From Podarcis melisellensis (taxonomy: Eukaryota), in NCBI GenBank assembly GCA_964234715.1, contig OZ174282.1: 64,000 bases of DNA. The stretch is one strand, 5' to 3'. Every line of letters begins with the position of its first letter. Position 1 is the stretch's first letter. Position numbers and translations under genes: made by a program. Shown here piece by piece: positions 35,785 to 46,400 of the stretch. The notes under the pieces were generated by a model. It saw only the letters and a program-made list of their open reading frames with translations. It did not search any database and was not told where the DNA came from.

Positions 35785-36584
35785 TACAAGTGATAGTTTG
35801 CTCCTCCTGATTCCCAATTAGCTAGAAACCTCTGGATTCTGCCTCCCAGGCCAGGGCCTCTACTGTCTATTATTGCAAGGGTGAGGAAACTTTGGCCCTC
35901 CAGATGTTGGTGAACTACAATTCCCATCAGACCGAGCAAGTATGGTGAGGGATGAGGGGAGCTGTACTTAAGCAACATCTGGAGGGCCAAAGATTCCCCA
36001 CCCCATAGCTATTGGGTTTAGCTAGCCCTCCACTGGGCCTGTGTATTGATTTAGGCTGCAGATGGTCCACAGTAAATTCTGAGGGGTTTCACAAGCCTGA
36101 AAAAATTCTGGGTATCCAGAAACTGCCGAGGGTGTCACTAGGGGTGGCGCCAAATCTTTTCCTAAATGCCTTGGGTGCATAAGAGTCAGCAATGGATTCA
36201 GGGGAAATTAAATTGAAGGATGATCTGCATTACTGGCTGGATATTAATTTGAGGAAATAAATTAATTTTAGATGACTTTATCTGGATATGATTTGGGGAT
36301 AAAGAATCGGGTACTCGAAGGAAAATTTAATTGATTTGGAGCAAGCTCTGTTGGGTAATGAACTTAAGAGGAAATCATTTGGGTTGATCTGCTGGGTGGA
36401 CTAACTGACAAATGTATCTGAGGTGATTTGGATGGAAAACTCATTATCTCGCCTTCTGCGACATTTAAATTTTAAATTTTGCATCTTTACATGTAAATTG
36501 GCATGTGCAAATTTTTCACAAATGTGGATCTATGAGTCTATACTGCAAATCTTGCAAATACCAAACAATGTCCCTGAAGAACTG

Positions 36585-36779
36585 AAAAAAATTCCTTCCA
36601 GTAGCACCTTAAAGACCAACTAAGTTAGTTCTTGGTATGAGCTTTCGTGTGCATGCACACTTCTTTGCATGCACACGAAAGCTCATACCAAGAACTAACT
36701 TAGTTGGTCTTTAAGGTGCTACTGGAAGGAATTTTTTTTGTTTTGACTATGGCAGACCAACACGGCTACCTATCTGTAA
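36585..36779. mobile_element. Penelope-like retroelement terminus with a perfect hairpin
   Basis: 73-bp perfect inverted arms (36585-36657 and 36666-36738), 12-bp flanking direct repeat CCTGAAGAACTG. Resembles squamate Penelope ends; older relative at ~54245-54345. Confidence 0.75.
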
Positions 36780-37413
36780 CCTGAAGAACTGGTTTTTATG
36801 CATTGCTTGTGTTGGCCTGAATGTTGAAGAATCATTTCATTTAAAGAAAAAAACACACCAATAGAGATTTATGCTACAGGTGCGATGAAAAGAGCTGTAG
36901 ATGCCCTGACAATAAGGTATAATACGTTCACTAATCCACTCACTCACTTATTTTCTAGCTTAGACTTTGCCAAACTGGCACCCTCCAGATGTTTTGAGCT
37001 CCAAGTCCCATCAACCCCAGTCCCAAACATGGTACCAGGCTCACAAAGGCTGCTCTTACTAATAAATGCAGGTGTGTGTGGGTCTGTGTCTGGAGCACAC
37101 CAAGAATGAAGACGAAGCACATCATTAAGAAAGGGAACAGGCTAATTCATTTTGAGTTCAGCCCCTTGATCGTTTTGGTTGCCCTCATAATAAACAGGTA
37201 TGAGGATGGGAAGCCTAGCATTACTGGGCTAAAAGTGGGCACAGTTTGTTTGCTCTGTGAATGAGAGGGGGGAGGGAGGGAATGAGAGAGAAGAGCAATA
37301 TTTCTTGGTCTCCAGCTGCCCATGTTTCAAAGAAACATGCGAAACTAAATCCATAAAGCCTCAGACATAGCAACCACTGGTCAAGGCAGGGCCCTGTAAA
37401 GTGTGTTATCTAC

Positions 37414-37600
37414 CTTTGCAGATTTATCTTCACTTGCCCATCTGAGAAATGGAAAATGAAGCCATTCACGATCAAAGCCCACTGCACTCCAAGGGCTGCA
37501 AGGAAAAGGCTGAATCCAGCGCTGCTGAAGCCGTATCTTCTCAGGAAGGCCAGGAGGAAGGCAAAGCCCAAGACCACCATGATGTTGACATCTTGAAATG
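37414..37600 (-). CDS. RHCE: Rh30 exon 2
   Basis: (A)FQDVNIMVVLGFAFLLAFLRRYGFSSAGFSLFLAALGVQWALIVNGF..., 187 nt. Confidence 0.97.
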
Positions 37601-37860
37601 CTGCGTGCAACAGAGGTCATTTTTCATTTGTTATTTACATTTCTTTGTCACTTTTTACACGCGGACATAAACACACTCCAGATGTAACTCATCAAATGCT
37701 AACACTACTTAAAAGAATGCAATCAACTTATTCTCATTTGGGGGAAATCGAGCCTCACCCTTGGAGACTCTCCCCAGCCACTTAAGTATTTGCTCAATTA
37801 ACCTACTAATTAAACAGAATAACACCTGCAACCCTAATTTCAATTAACAAGCAGGCTTAC

Positions 37861-38002
37861 CTGGGTAGATCGCAAGGTCTTTTTGAACACTTTGATGGTC
37901 ATATGAAAAGAAAAAGAAAAATATAAGGATGAAAGCAGCTTCCAAAAAGAAAATGAGCCCAGGCAGACGAATCCGGAGACTTGGAGGATACTGAGAAGAC
38001 AT
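37861..38002 (-). CDS. RHCE: Rh30 exon 1
   Basis: MSSQYPPSLRIRLPGLIFFLEAAFILIFFFFFSYDHQSVQKDLAIYP (human MSSKYPRSVRRCLP...), donor CAG|GTAAGC. The short unglycosylated first loop indicates Rh30 rather than RhAG/BG/CG. Confidence 0.96.
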
Positions 38003-38092
38003 GGTGTGTCCATGAACTACAGCATTTCAAAAGGGAAGCGGGTGTTAATTCCTTGAGTCAAAAGAGAGAAAGTAGCTGAGAAAGTCTGAATG

Positions 38093-38122
38093 TGATAGCC
38101 AGAAGGCATTAAGTCCTTATCT
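38093..38122 (-). promoter_or_regulatory. Paired GATA sites in the RH proximal promoter
   Basis: TGATAG at 38093-38098 (+) and AGATAA at 38122-38117 (-), 90-120 bp upstream of the ATG. Erythroid RH promoters are GATA1-driven. Confidence 0.6.
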
Positions 38123-38398
38123 AATGCCACCCAAGAGAGCAGGCCAATCTTCTGTTGCTCGGTATTTTGACTCCTGTGGAGTTGCCTTGTGATCTGAGGT
38201 TGTGGGATAAGGCTGTGCTAGAATGAGGGCTCTTTTGAGTGGTCAGAATTATTCCAGAGGAATTAATGACTAACTTAGGTTCATTAATTTCCGTGAGTCT
38301 GAGCAGGGCTAGCACTGGATACATCCTGAATAACTATTTGATATGGAAAAAACTTTCATGGCCCAGATGCATGGAGTGTGATGTTCAGTTTTCCAGGA

Positions 38399-38649
38399 CA
38401 GTGGCACCTTGGTTTATGAACTTAATCCATTCTGGAAGTCTGTTCTTAAACCAAAGCAGTCTTAAACCAAGGCGTGCTTTTCCATAGCAGCGGGGGACTC
38501 AATTTACAATGGAACACACTCAACAGGAAGCGGAACATGTTCTTATTCCAAGGCAAAGTTCACAAACCAAAAGACCTACTTCTCGGTTTGCAGTGTTCTT
38601 AATCCAAGTTGTTCATAAACTAAGCTGTTCTTAAACCAAGGTACCACTG
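38399..38649. mobile_element. Tc1/mariner-pogo-type MITE
   Basis: CAGTGGCACCTTGGTTTA ... TAAACCAAGGTACCACTG(TA). Confidence 0.8.
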
Positions 38650-39680
38650 TAAAGAGAAAAGGGGTGTGTGTGTGTAAAGCTGGTGTTAAATTATAATGGA
38701 ATAATAATACTGTAACAACAACAACAACAATAATAATTTATTACTCTGCCCATCTGACTGGGTTGCCTTTTGGGCAGCTTCCAACAGAATATAAAAAACA
38801 TAACAAAACATCAGACATTAAAAACTTCCCAACGCAGGGCTGCCTTCAGAAACTCGTATAATTGTTTATGTCTTTGACATCTGATGGGAGTCCAAAAGCA
38901 CAAGCTTGCATCAAAATTGCATTGTCAGTCGTTTGTGAACCGCTCTGAGATCTTTTGATGAAGGGCAATATATAAATATATTTTTTTTTTAAAAAAAAGG
39001 TTAGTGCAAGGATTTCTGCTTGTGTAGCAGAACTCCCCACCCCCCTCATGAGCCCCTAAAACCTGCTCTGGATGTTTCCCCAACCCTTTGAAGCAGATTT
39101 GGGGAAGCTGCTGAGCGCATGCAGGCGGAAAATAATTCCATTGCACAAATACTTGTGCTAATGGAATGGGGGCATTAGATACTACCCACAATATGTGGTA
39201 ATTGAACTGGACCTTTCATGTGCACAAAATGAGCTTTCATAGCAGCTGCAACTGTTGACAGCACAATCATCTTAGTATTGCTGAGTGAAGTGACAATTCA
39301 ATTAAGATTGTAGGCACATGCAAGATGAGCACCCTGACCATTGATAACAGCAGTGATTGATGTCAGGAGAATCATCTTAGCATTCCTAAACAAATTAATA
39401 CCTGTAGTGAGACTAGGAACCATTGTCTCTATTGAGAACGGAGTGAATATAATAGAAAGGTGAAGTAACAGGGGCACAATCCAGTGAAATGTTCTCTGGA
39501 GCAATCATGGGAAAATTGAAATGGGCAGCTCCCATCTGCTACTGCCATAAGCCTGGGCCAAGAAACCAGCTGGATGGGTGGGGACTGGCACTATCAGTGG
39601 GCTCTGCTTTCTGAGGATGCTGCATGCTGCCACAGGCCTTGGTATGGACCGCTTTCATTCACTAATTTATTTATTTCAAT

Positions 39681-40335
39681 TAGGGATCGGGGGAGAAATT
39701 TTGGTTCAGTTCACAGTCACCCTTCGAAATTTGCACTTCTCATAATTTTGCAATGCTGCTATCCAGCCAAGTAAAGTGCACCAAAAAGGTACTAGGGTAA
39801 AATGTGCATAAAAATGCATGTTAGTGAAAATAACATACACAATTGCAGCATATGATGGAGAATTGCTTTCAAAAATTTGTATGTAAGGAAAAATTGCATA
39901 CAAAAATATGCATTTTAGAAATTCGCGCTAAGATGCTGAGTTTTCACAAGGATTTTACAAAAAAATTGCAAATTGATGTGGAAATCTGAGCGGCTTCCAA
40001 CGGAATATTAAAAACACAATAAAACATCAAACATTAAAAGCTTCCCTAAACAGGGCTGCCTTCAGATGTCTTCTAAAAGTCAGATAGTTGTTTATTTCCT
40101 TGACATCTGATGGGAGGGCATTCCACAAGACAGGCGACACTACCAAGAAGGCCCTCTGCCCGGGTTCCCTGTAACCTCACTTTCACAGTGAGGAAACTGC
40201 CAGAAGGACCTCAGTGTCCGGGCTGAACGATGGGGATGGAGACACTCCTTCAGATATACTGGGCAGAGGCCGTGGAGAACTAAACTTGAGTTTGGAAAAA
40301 TGAGAAACAGAGAAACCAAAATTCTCCCATCCCCA
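39681..40335. mobile_element. Degenerate hAT-like element interrupted by an L2 3' fragment (~39990-40275, - strand)
   Basis: Ends TAGGGATCGGGGAGAA / TTCTCCCATCCCCA, related to 26280-26690. The insert is the reverse complement of the L2 tail at 61500-61800. Confidence 0.6.
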
Positions 40336-41204
40336 ATGGAGGAAAAGTATTGTTGCACACCATCCTAATTTCCTGAGTGGTGCAAGATTCCAGGGGTTCC
40401 AGGTGCCTGTCCAGGGTTCGTGCTTCCTTTTGAATGAGGGACAGCAGAGACTGTGGTGTCTTTGTGACGTGTTGTTTATCTATACATATATACCACCTGA
40501 GCCTACAATGGAGGGGTTCACAACAGGTCTTGCTTCTCCTATAGCCACGGCCTTAGATTCCAGCAGAAATCTGGCATAGCCTTGTCTCCTAGCTGCACAG
40601 CCTGCTGGCTTCTACATTACCTACCACAAGTCTGCTGTTGCATTTCTAACAACCAGAGTTTTGAGGTACATTCGTTATCTGACACAGAGCCACTTCCTTT
40701 GTTACTTTAATGGCTCATACTTAAGGTGGTCATTACCTCACCAGGGAGCTAGCCTGGCTATTCCAGGAATTGCATTCATGCTGGATCTAAGACTTGGAAG
40801 GGGGCTCAAGCATACAGCCTACCCTCTGCAAACTCATAACAGTATCCTTGTTTGAAGCAGAAACATTTCCATTTGTGTTATTGACTGTAAGCCATCTACA
40901 GACCCTTGAGAAAAGCTTCCCGGCCACTAAATAAATATTTTCATGATAATTAGCTTGTTTCTATTTTGTCCATACATGGGTTATTGGTAACTTTTCTGTA
41001 TCTCACTCTTCTTCGGTCAAAGAACCCAAGGAAGCCTCTTATCTAGGCCTGGCTAGATTCAGACCTGCTGAGTTCCCTTAAAGCAGCTGTATCATTGGAA
41101 GGCCTTTTCTGTATTGATGCTGCTGTAATCGACAAGTGGCAGCCCCTTCCACAGGGAAACCAAACTGTATTATTCTCCCCAAGTGCTTATAACATTCTTA
41201 CAGG

Positions 41205-41672
41205 ATGCAATCCTAGCCCCATTCACCTGGGAATAAGCCCCATTGAATTCAATGGGACTTACTTTCTTTGTAAATGTTTTCAGGGTTGCAGTCTTAGTCT
41301 GGAGCTCAGCCGGCTATGAACTTCTTGGTTTTACTGTTGACTTATTACTGCTCTAACGATTGTTGTTGGCCACTTAGGGCAGCTCCATTTGCAGGAGGAA
41401 AGAGGAACATAAAAACTCATTAAAAAGGTTAAACAAGGTGCCTTCCCATGATGCAGTTCTTCTCTTCTTTCGAAGACGCTGCCACGTCCTAGGCATGTCT
41501 ACTCAGAGGCGAGCACTGCTGTATTTAATGGGATTTACTTACCTCTAGAAAAGCATGAATAGGCATGCAGCCTTGCCGCTGAGTAGACATGCACAGAATA
41601 GGATCGGGCTGTCAAGCTGCGATGCTTTATAATCGCTTTCACATGCGAGGCAAACTGCATGGGACTTACTTC
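41205..41672. repeat. Cluster of short palindromic interspersed repeats (core AAGCCCCATTGAATTCAATGGGACTT)
   Basis: Three degenerate ~80-bp copies here. Similar copies near 10270, 13280-13410, 16240, 20640 and 51650. Confidence 0.55.
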
Positions 41673-41839
41673 AAAGCAAAAAACACTCAGGGCCTGGGGC
41701 ATTTTCTCAACTGGCAAAATATTTACCCACATAACAAAACCTGGCTGGTAACTAGGAATACACCCAGCTCCTCCCTTGGCAGAGAGCAGCAGCTACTGCT
41801 GCTACCTTAACAAATGCCTATCAGGGAAGAAAGGTCTTC

Positions 41840-43320
41840 TTTGATTGGCCAAGACTCAGTTTCCCGTGTCACTTTACTTAGCCGTTACACCCAGTCTCAC
41901 CTCTCGCATTCTCTATTGGTCCTCCTTAACACCATTTATTCAAGTCAGGAATTTATTGGATACATAGCCTGTCAGTCAAGCTGGAGGGCGGGACTGTGAG
42001 CGAGCTGTGTTAGAATGCAGCGGGATCACCATTCTTTGCCTCTTTTTACCTTTGGTCCTTGGATTACGCGAGCCTTTTAGTCGGGGTTTTATTGGCCAGT
42101 AGCCCCGCCAATCAAACCATAGGGGCCCGTACCTAAATGTCAAAGCTAAAGGCGGGATACAAAAAAGCTCCTTTCTTTCATTGGGGGATAGCTAGGCTGC
42201 TCCTCCTACTTTGGTACCAACTATTCAACGACTGGGTAGTATCGCCATCAATTTAATAAATCCTTACTTTCACGGGCTGCTCTGAACGCCGTTCTCCCTG
42301 CTGGGCGGGACTCGTCATCCTAGAAAAGGGCGGGACCAGAAGCGTCGATCTCCTCATTGGTTCTGCCGCCCGCCTCTCTACCCTCTAGCCCCATGTTGAT
42401 TGATTCGCTCGTCCGTCGACCTCATGTTCTGCCTCCCGCCGATTGGCTTGTGCCTGAAAGGAGGCGGGGCAGGGCGCGGAGGCTGCGCGCGGGGACGCGG
42501 CGGCGGGGAGGGACAGATCTGAAATTATTTTTTATTTCTTTGTTTCCTAGTCGGGCGGGGGGAGAAAAAAAAGGAGGGAGAAAGAAAACGGGGACAGGGG
42601 GGAAAGGCGAGCCAAAAAAAAACCCAAAACCCGGAGACCCGCTGAGACTCCCTCCGGCGGGTCCCTCGGACAGGCTTGGATGTTGTCGCTGTGACCCGGG
42701 CGGGGCAGGAGCGGAGAAGGAGGCGGCGGCGGCGACGGGGGGCAGCAGCAGCAGCAGGCGCCACCACCACCGCCGGGCCAGGCCGGGTTGGGTCTCGCCG
42801 GGCCGGACGGGAGGATGAAGCGCCGGAGCGCCGACTGCAGCAAACTCCGGCGGCCGCTGAAGCGGAACCGCATCACTGAGGGCATCTACGGCAGGTATGG
42901 CCCGCACCTGCCTCGCCCCGCCCCGGCCTGTCAGTGGCATCGAGGGAGCCTCGCCGGTCCCTCCTTCCCTCCTTCCTTCTCTTGGCTTTGAGGTGAAGCA
43001 GGGGAGGGGGCGCCTTCGCCGCCTCAGCCCCCGACGGGGCTTCCTCCTCCTCTTCCTGCTCACACGGAGGAGGACGACAGGCGAGCTTGGCGGGACTCCC
43101 CTCATCCCCACAGAAACGCACACGCGCACCACTTTCACACGCCCCCCCTTCATTATCTCCTCCACACACCCCAATTGCTTCTCCCCTCATGCAGCCACTT
43201 CCCGCCCTTTGTCCGCCCTCGGGCTCCCCTCAGGGTCCCGCTTCTTTGGCGCTCTGGGCCATTGTCTTCAGAAGAAGCAAAAGTAGCCCCCTCCCACGAC
43301 GCCCGACACTTCTCTCCTCC
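41840..43320 (+). promoter_or_regulatory. MACO1: MACO1 CpG-island promoter
   Basis: CpG-dense, about 8 CCAAT/ATTGG boxes and several GGGCGG boxes in 41840-42480. Confidence 0.85.
42815..42894 (+). CDS. MACO1: Macoilin (TMEM57) coding exon 1; rest of gene apparently beyond the window
   Basis: MKRRSADCSKLRRPLKRNRITEGIYG(S) (human MKRRNADCSKLRRPLKRNRITEGIYGS), 80 nt, donor CAG|GTATGG. Exon 2 was not found by eye up to 64000. Confidence 0.97.
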
Positions 43321-43367
43321 CAACACCTCCCCTCAAAACGCTTTGGGGTAGCCCTGAGTGGGCCTTG

Positions 43368-43401
<34 letters not shown>

Positions 43402-46400
43402 TAATAGTTACCTCGGGTCCCTCCTCAGTCTTCCTCTGAAGCAACGTCTCTCTCCCACGTTTCTGCCCCCCCCCACAGAGTCCGCTCAGACTTGGGGTTG
43501 GCACCCATCCTGCAGACATGCATTGGGGGCGCCTTCTTTCATTTTACTGCCTCTGTATGATGGCCCTGCTGCTCTTAAGTCAGGCTGCAGCACAATAGTG
43601 GGATGTGCCCCACAAGTAGAAGACTGGTGCTTAGGAGCCTTCCCTCTCTCCCCCCCCCCCATGCCTCACATTGGGAACCCTTCCTCTAGAAACCTCCCTT
43701 CCCCTCTATACCAGATGTGGTGAGCCCTACAACTTGCATCATCCCTGACCATTGGCCAAGCTTGCTGGGCCAAAAGTTCCCCACACTTTGTCTATACTCA
43801 CATCTACCACTGACAACTCTTGCTTTGAGGCTTTCACAGGGGCAATCTCTGTTGACAGATTTCCCATCCCATTACTCTCTTGTGAAGCTACAGCATAGCC
43901 CCCACTCCAATGTGTGTGCAAACACACAAACAGGCTACTTGTTCTTACGCTTTATCTTCCCATGCATCTGTTAGAATGTCTTCAAATCATTGCTGATAAT
44001 TATTGTATTTTTAATGCTGCAACAAAGACAGGACAAACTATTTAGTGACACACACACAAATGCTTTGTGGCCTCAGAAGCTTCACTTCTGGCTCAATTTC
44101 CACCTCCCCCAAGATAGTTGTCTTTAGAACTTGGTTCCCCTTCTCCCAATTGTGGGAAGCTTTCCTCTATGATCTCCCTAACAACACACATACCCGTTCT
44201 CTTTTTAAGAGGCTTAATTGAATGATGCTCTGCATTCTATTGAAATATCCCCCACCCCTCTTCCCTGAAACCACACCTCCTCTTTAGTTGCCATTTCTTC
44301 CGCGCCCCACAACTCTTGCAATTTAAGTGTTTCTAGAAACAGTACCAGACAGATCGTCCCCCCTCTAATGCCTTTCTCTTAACCCGTTCCATACAACCTT
44401 CCCTACAGTGCTAGTGCTCTTCCAGTCATTTTGCTCTCACACCGTCATTTGATGTCCTCACCACAGTTGTGGTTTCAGTTACATTGACTACCCTACACTT
44501 AGTGGCCTCCATTCACTGTTTTTCTCCACATAGATGAATACTTTTCCCTAGAATGCAATCACACCCATCAGTTGGGCACCCACAACCCTGACTATTCTTG
44601 CCCTTAAGAGTTTCCTCATTTATATTTTACTTTGAAGTCACACTTTCCATAGAGTGGTAGTCCTGTTTGCTCTCAGTTTTGTCACTCATGCTACTCTAGA
44701 TTGGTACTGTATTCTGAAGCCCCACCCCACTTCAGTTGTGTGGCCTTCCACCCACCCTTCAACTACCACTGCCCCTAACTCAAAGGTCCTTTAGGCTTCC
44801 ACTATTATTTTCCCTCCTTTGTATTTCTATTGATATATTTGTCAGATTGCAGTTCATTTGTCATCCTCTGCAGTGATTGTCATACTTCTATTCCTGCTTG
44901 TCCCATCCAATCAAACCTGCCACAGTGCTCAACCCTGTCCTGCATTGACAGCCATACTCTTAAGAGTCTACCCCACACACATTGATATACCTTTCCCTAG
45001 GTATAATGCACTGTATCCCAGACACATACTGACAATTCTTGCTGTTAAGAGTCATCCACCCACTGTGTCCTTGTCCTCTGCACTGACCGAGATCCCACTT
45101 ACCCCATACTCATTTGAGCCACTTTTACAGTGACAGGCCTGACTCTCAAACCCTGCCCTCGCAAATTCTGCTGAAGTCCCCATTCCACTGTGTATTCACT
45201 TGCACATTGATAGTCCTACCCTTAAGAGTTCTCCACCTTCTGTGCCATGACAGACCTACAACTTCCCCATTCATTATGCTTCCCCCACCCAGACCAAGCC
45301 AGTGTGTCCAGTGGTCAGGGATGACATGAGTTGTAGTCCAACAATATCTGGAGGGACACAGATTCCCCATGTGCTCCAAAGGACACCCACCCACGCACAT
45401 ATCTTCCTCTAACACACCTTTCACAGCAATGAGGAAGACCCTCCAGAAACTGGCAGTCCTCTTTTACCCCACACCAGATAGGCTCTCAGATTCTCCCTTG
45501 CATTTGTTTTTACTGCTACAATTCCATCCCATGTCCCTAACTACCTTCCCACTGTGCCCTCTTATTGAATATATGCTGAATACTCCCACAAGTATGTGAT
45601 CAAAACATGTTTTTTAACACTGAAGCCCCTTCCTGCCCCTTAGGACTTCCAAACAGTCTTTCAAATGACTGACTTCTTCTCCTTGTGATGTCTCTTCTTA
45701 GGCCACTATCCCTTTTTCATTTAACCTTTTTTGTGCTCATCTTAATGTTTCTTTCAGTCCCGTCACGCTATGCTATATTATATCGCTTCATGAATGAAAA
45801 GTTTGCCTGATATGTTCTTGCCTTCTTTGCGAATACTCATATCTATTCAGGAGATGCTCTGATTCACACCTCCTTCCCAAGTTGTGTTATTTCACTTTCT
45901 TTTTGTGTCGTCTTCCGTTTTTGTATGGTGACTTATTTTTAAAGCTGTGTCAGAGTGAAAGGCAATGATGAAGATATTGTTCATATTCTCTGGTGAGTGG
46001 GTCTCAGGATTTTCCATGGCTATTTCCCATCTGCTATTAAACAGGTCTTGGGGAGCTTCTTTTTTAAGTTAGAGAAATGACTGTTGGCTAGAGCCATCTC
46101 TATTTACCTTGCTCTATTTACTTCTTACAGCCAGGACTCACAGTTTTTGGTTCATCAGGTGTTAAAATTATGCACAACTTGCAGAAGTGCTGTTATGCTG
46201 TCAGTTTGTACAATTACAAGGGGCCTAATAGATGTGAACAAAATTGCAGTTGTCATTGACAAAGCCTAAGAAACTATGTTTCTATTGAGACTTGGAAAAG
46301 AGACCAAGCAAAACCTCAGCTTAATACCCAATGTTATGCAGTTTATGACTTCTGCCTTCACAGTAGCCACTGACTTAACCACATGGGCGTAGCTGTTCCC

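Noticed and set aside
42357-43723. Long overlapping ORFs up to 250 aa around MACO1 exon 1
   Set aside because: GC-rich low-complexity CpG-island ORFs. Only 42815-42894 matches macoilin.
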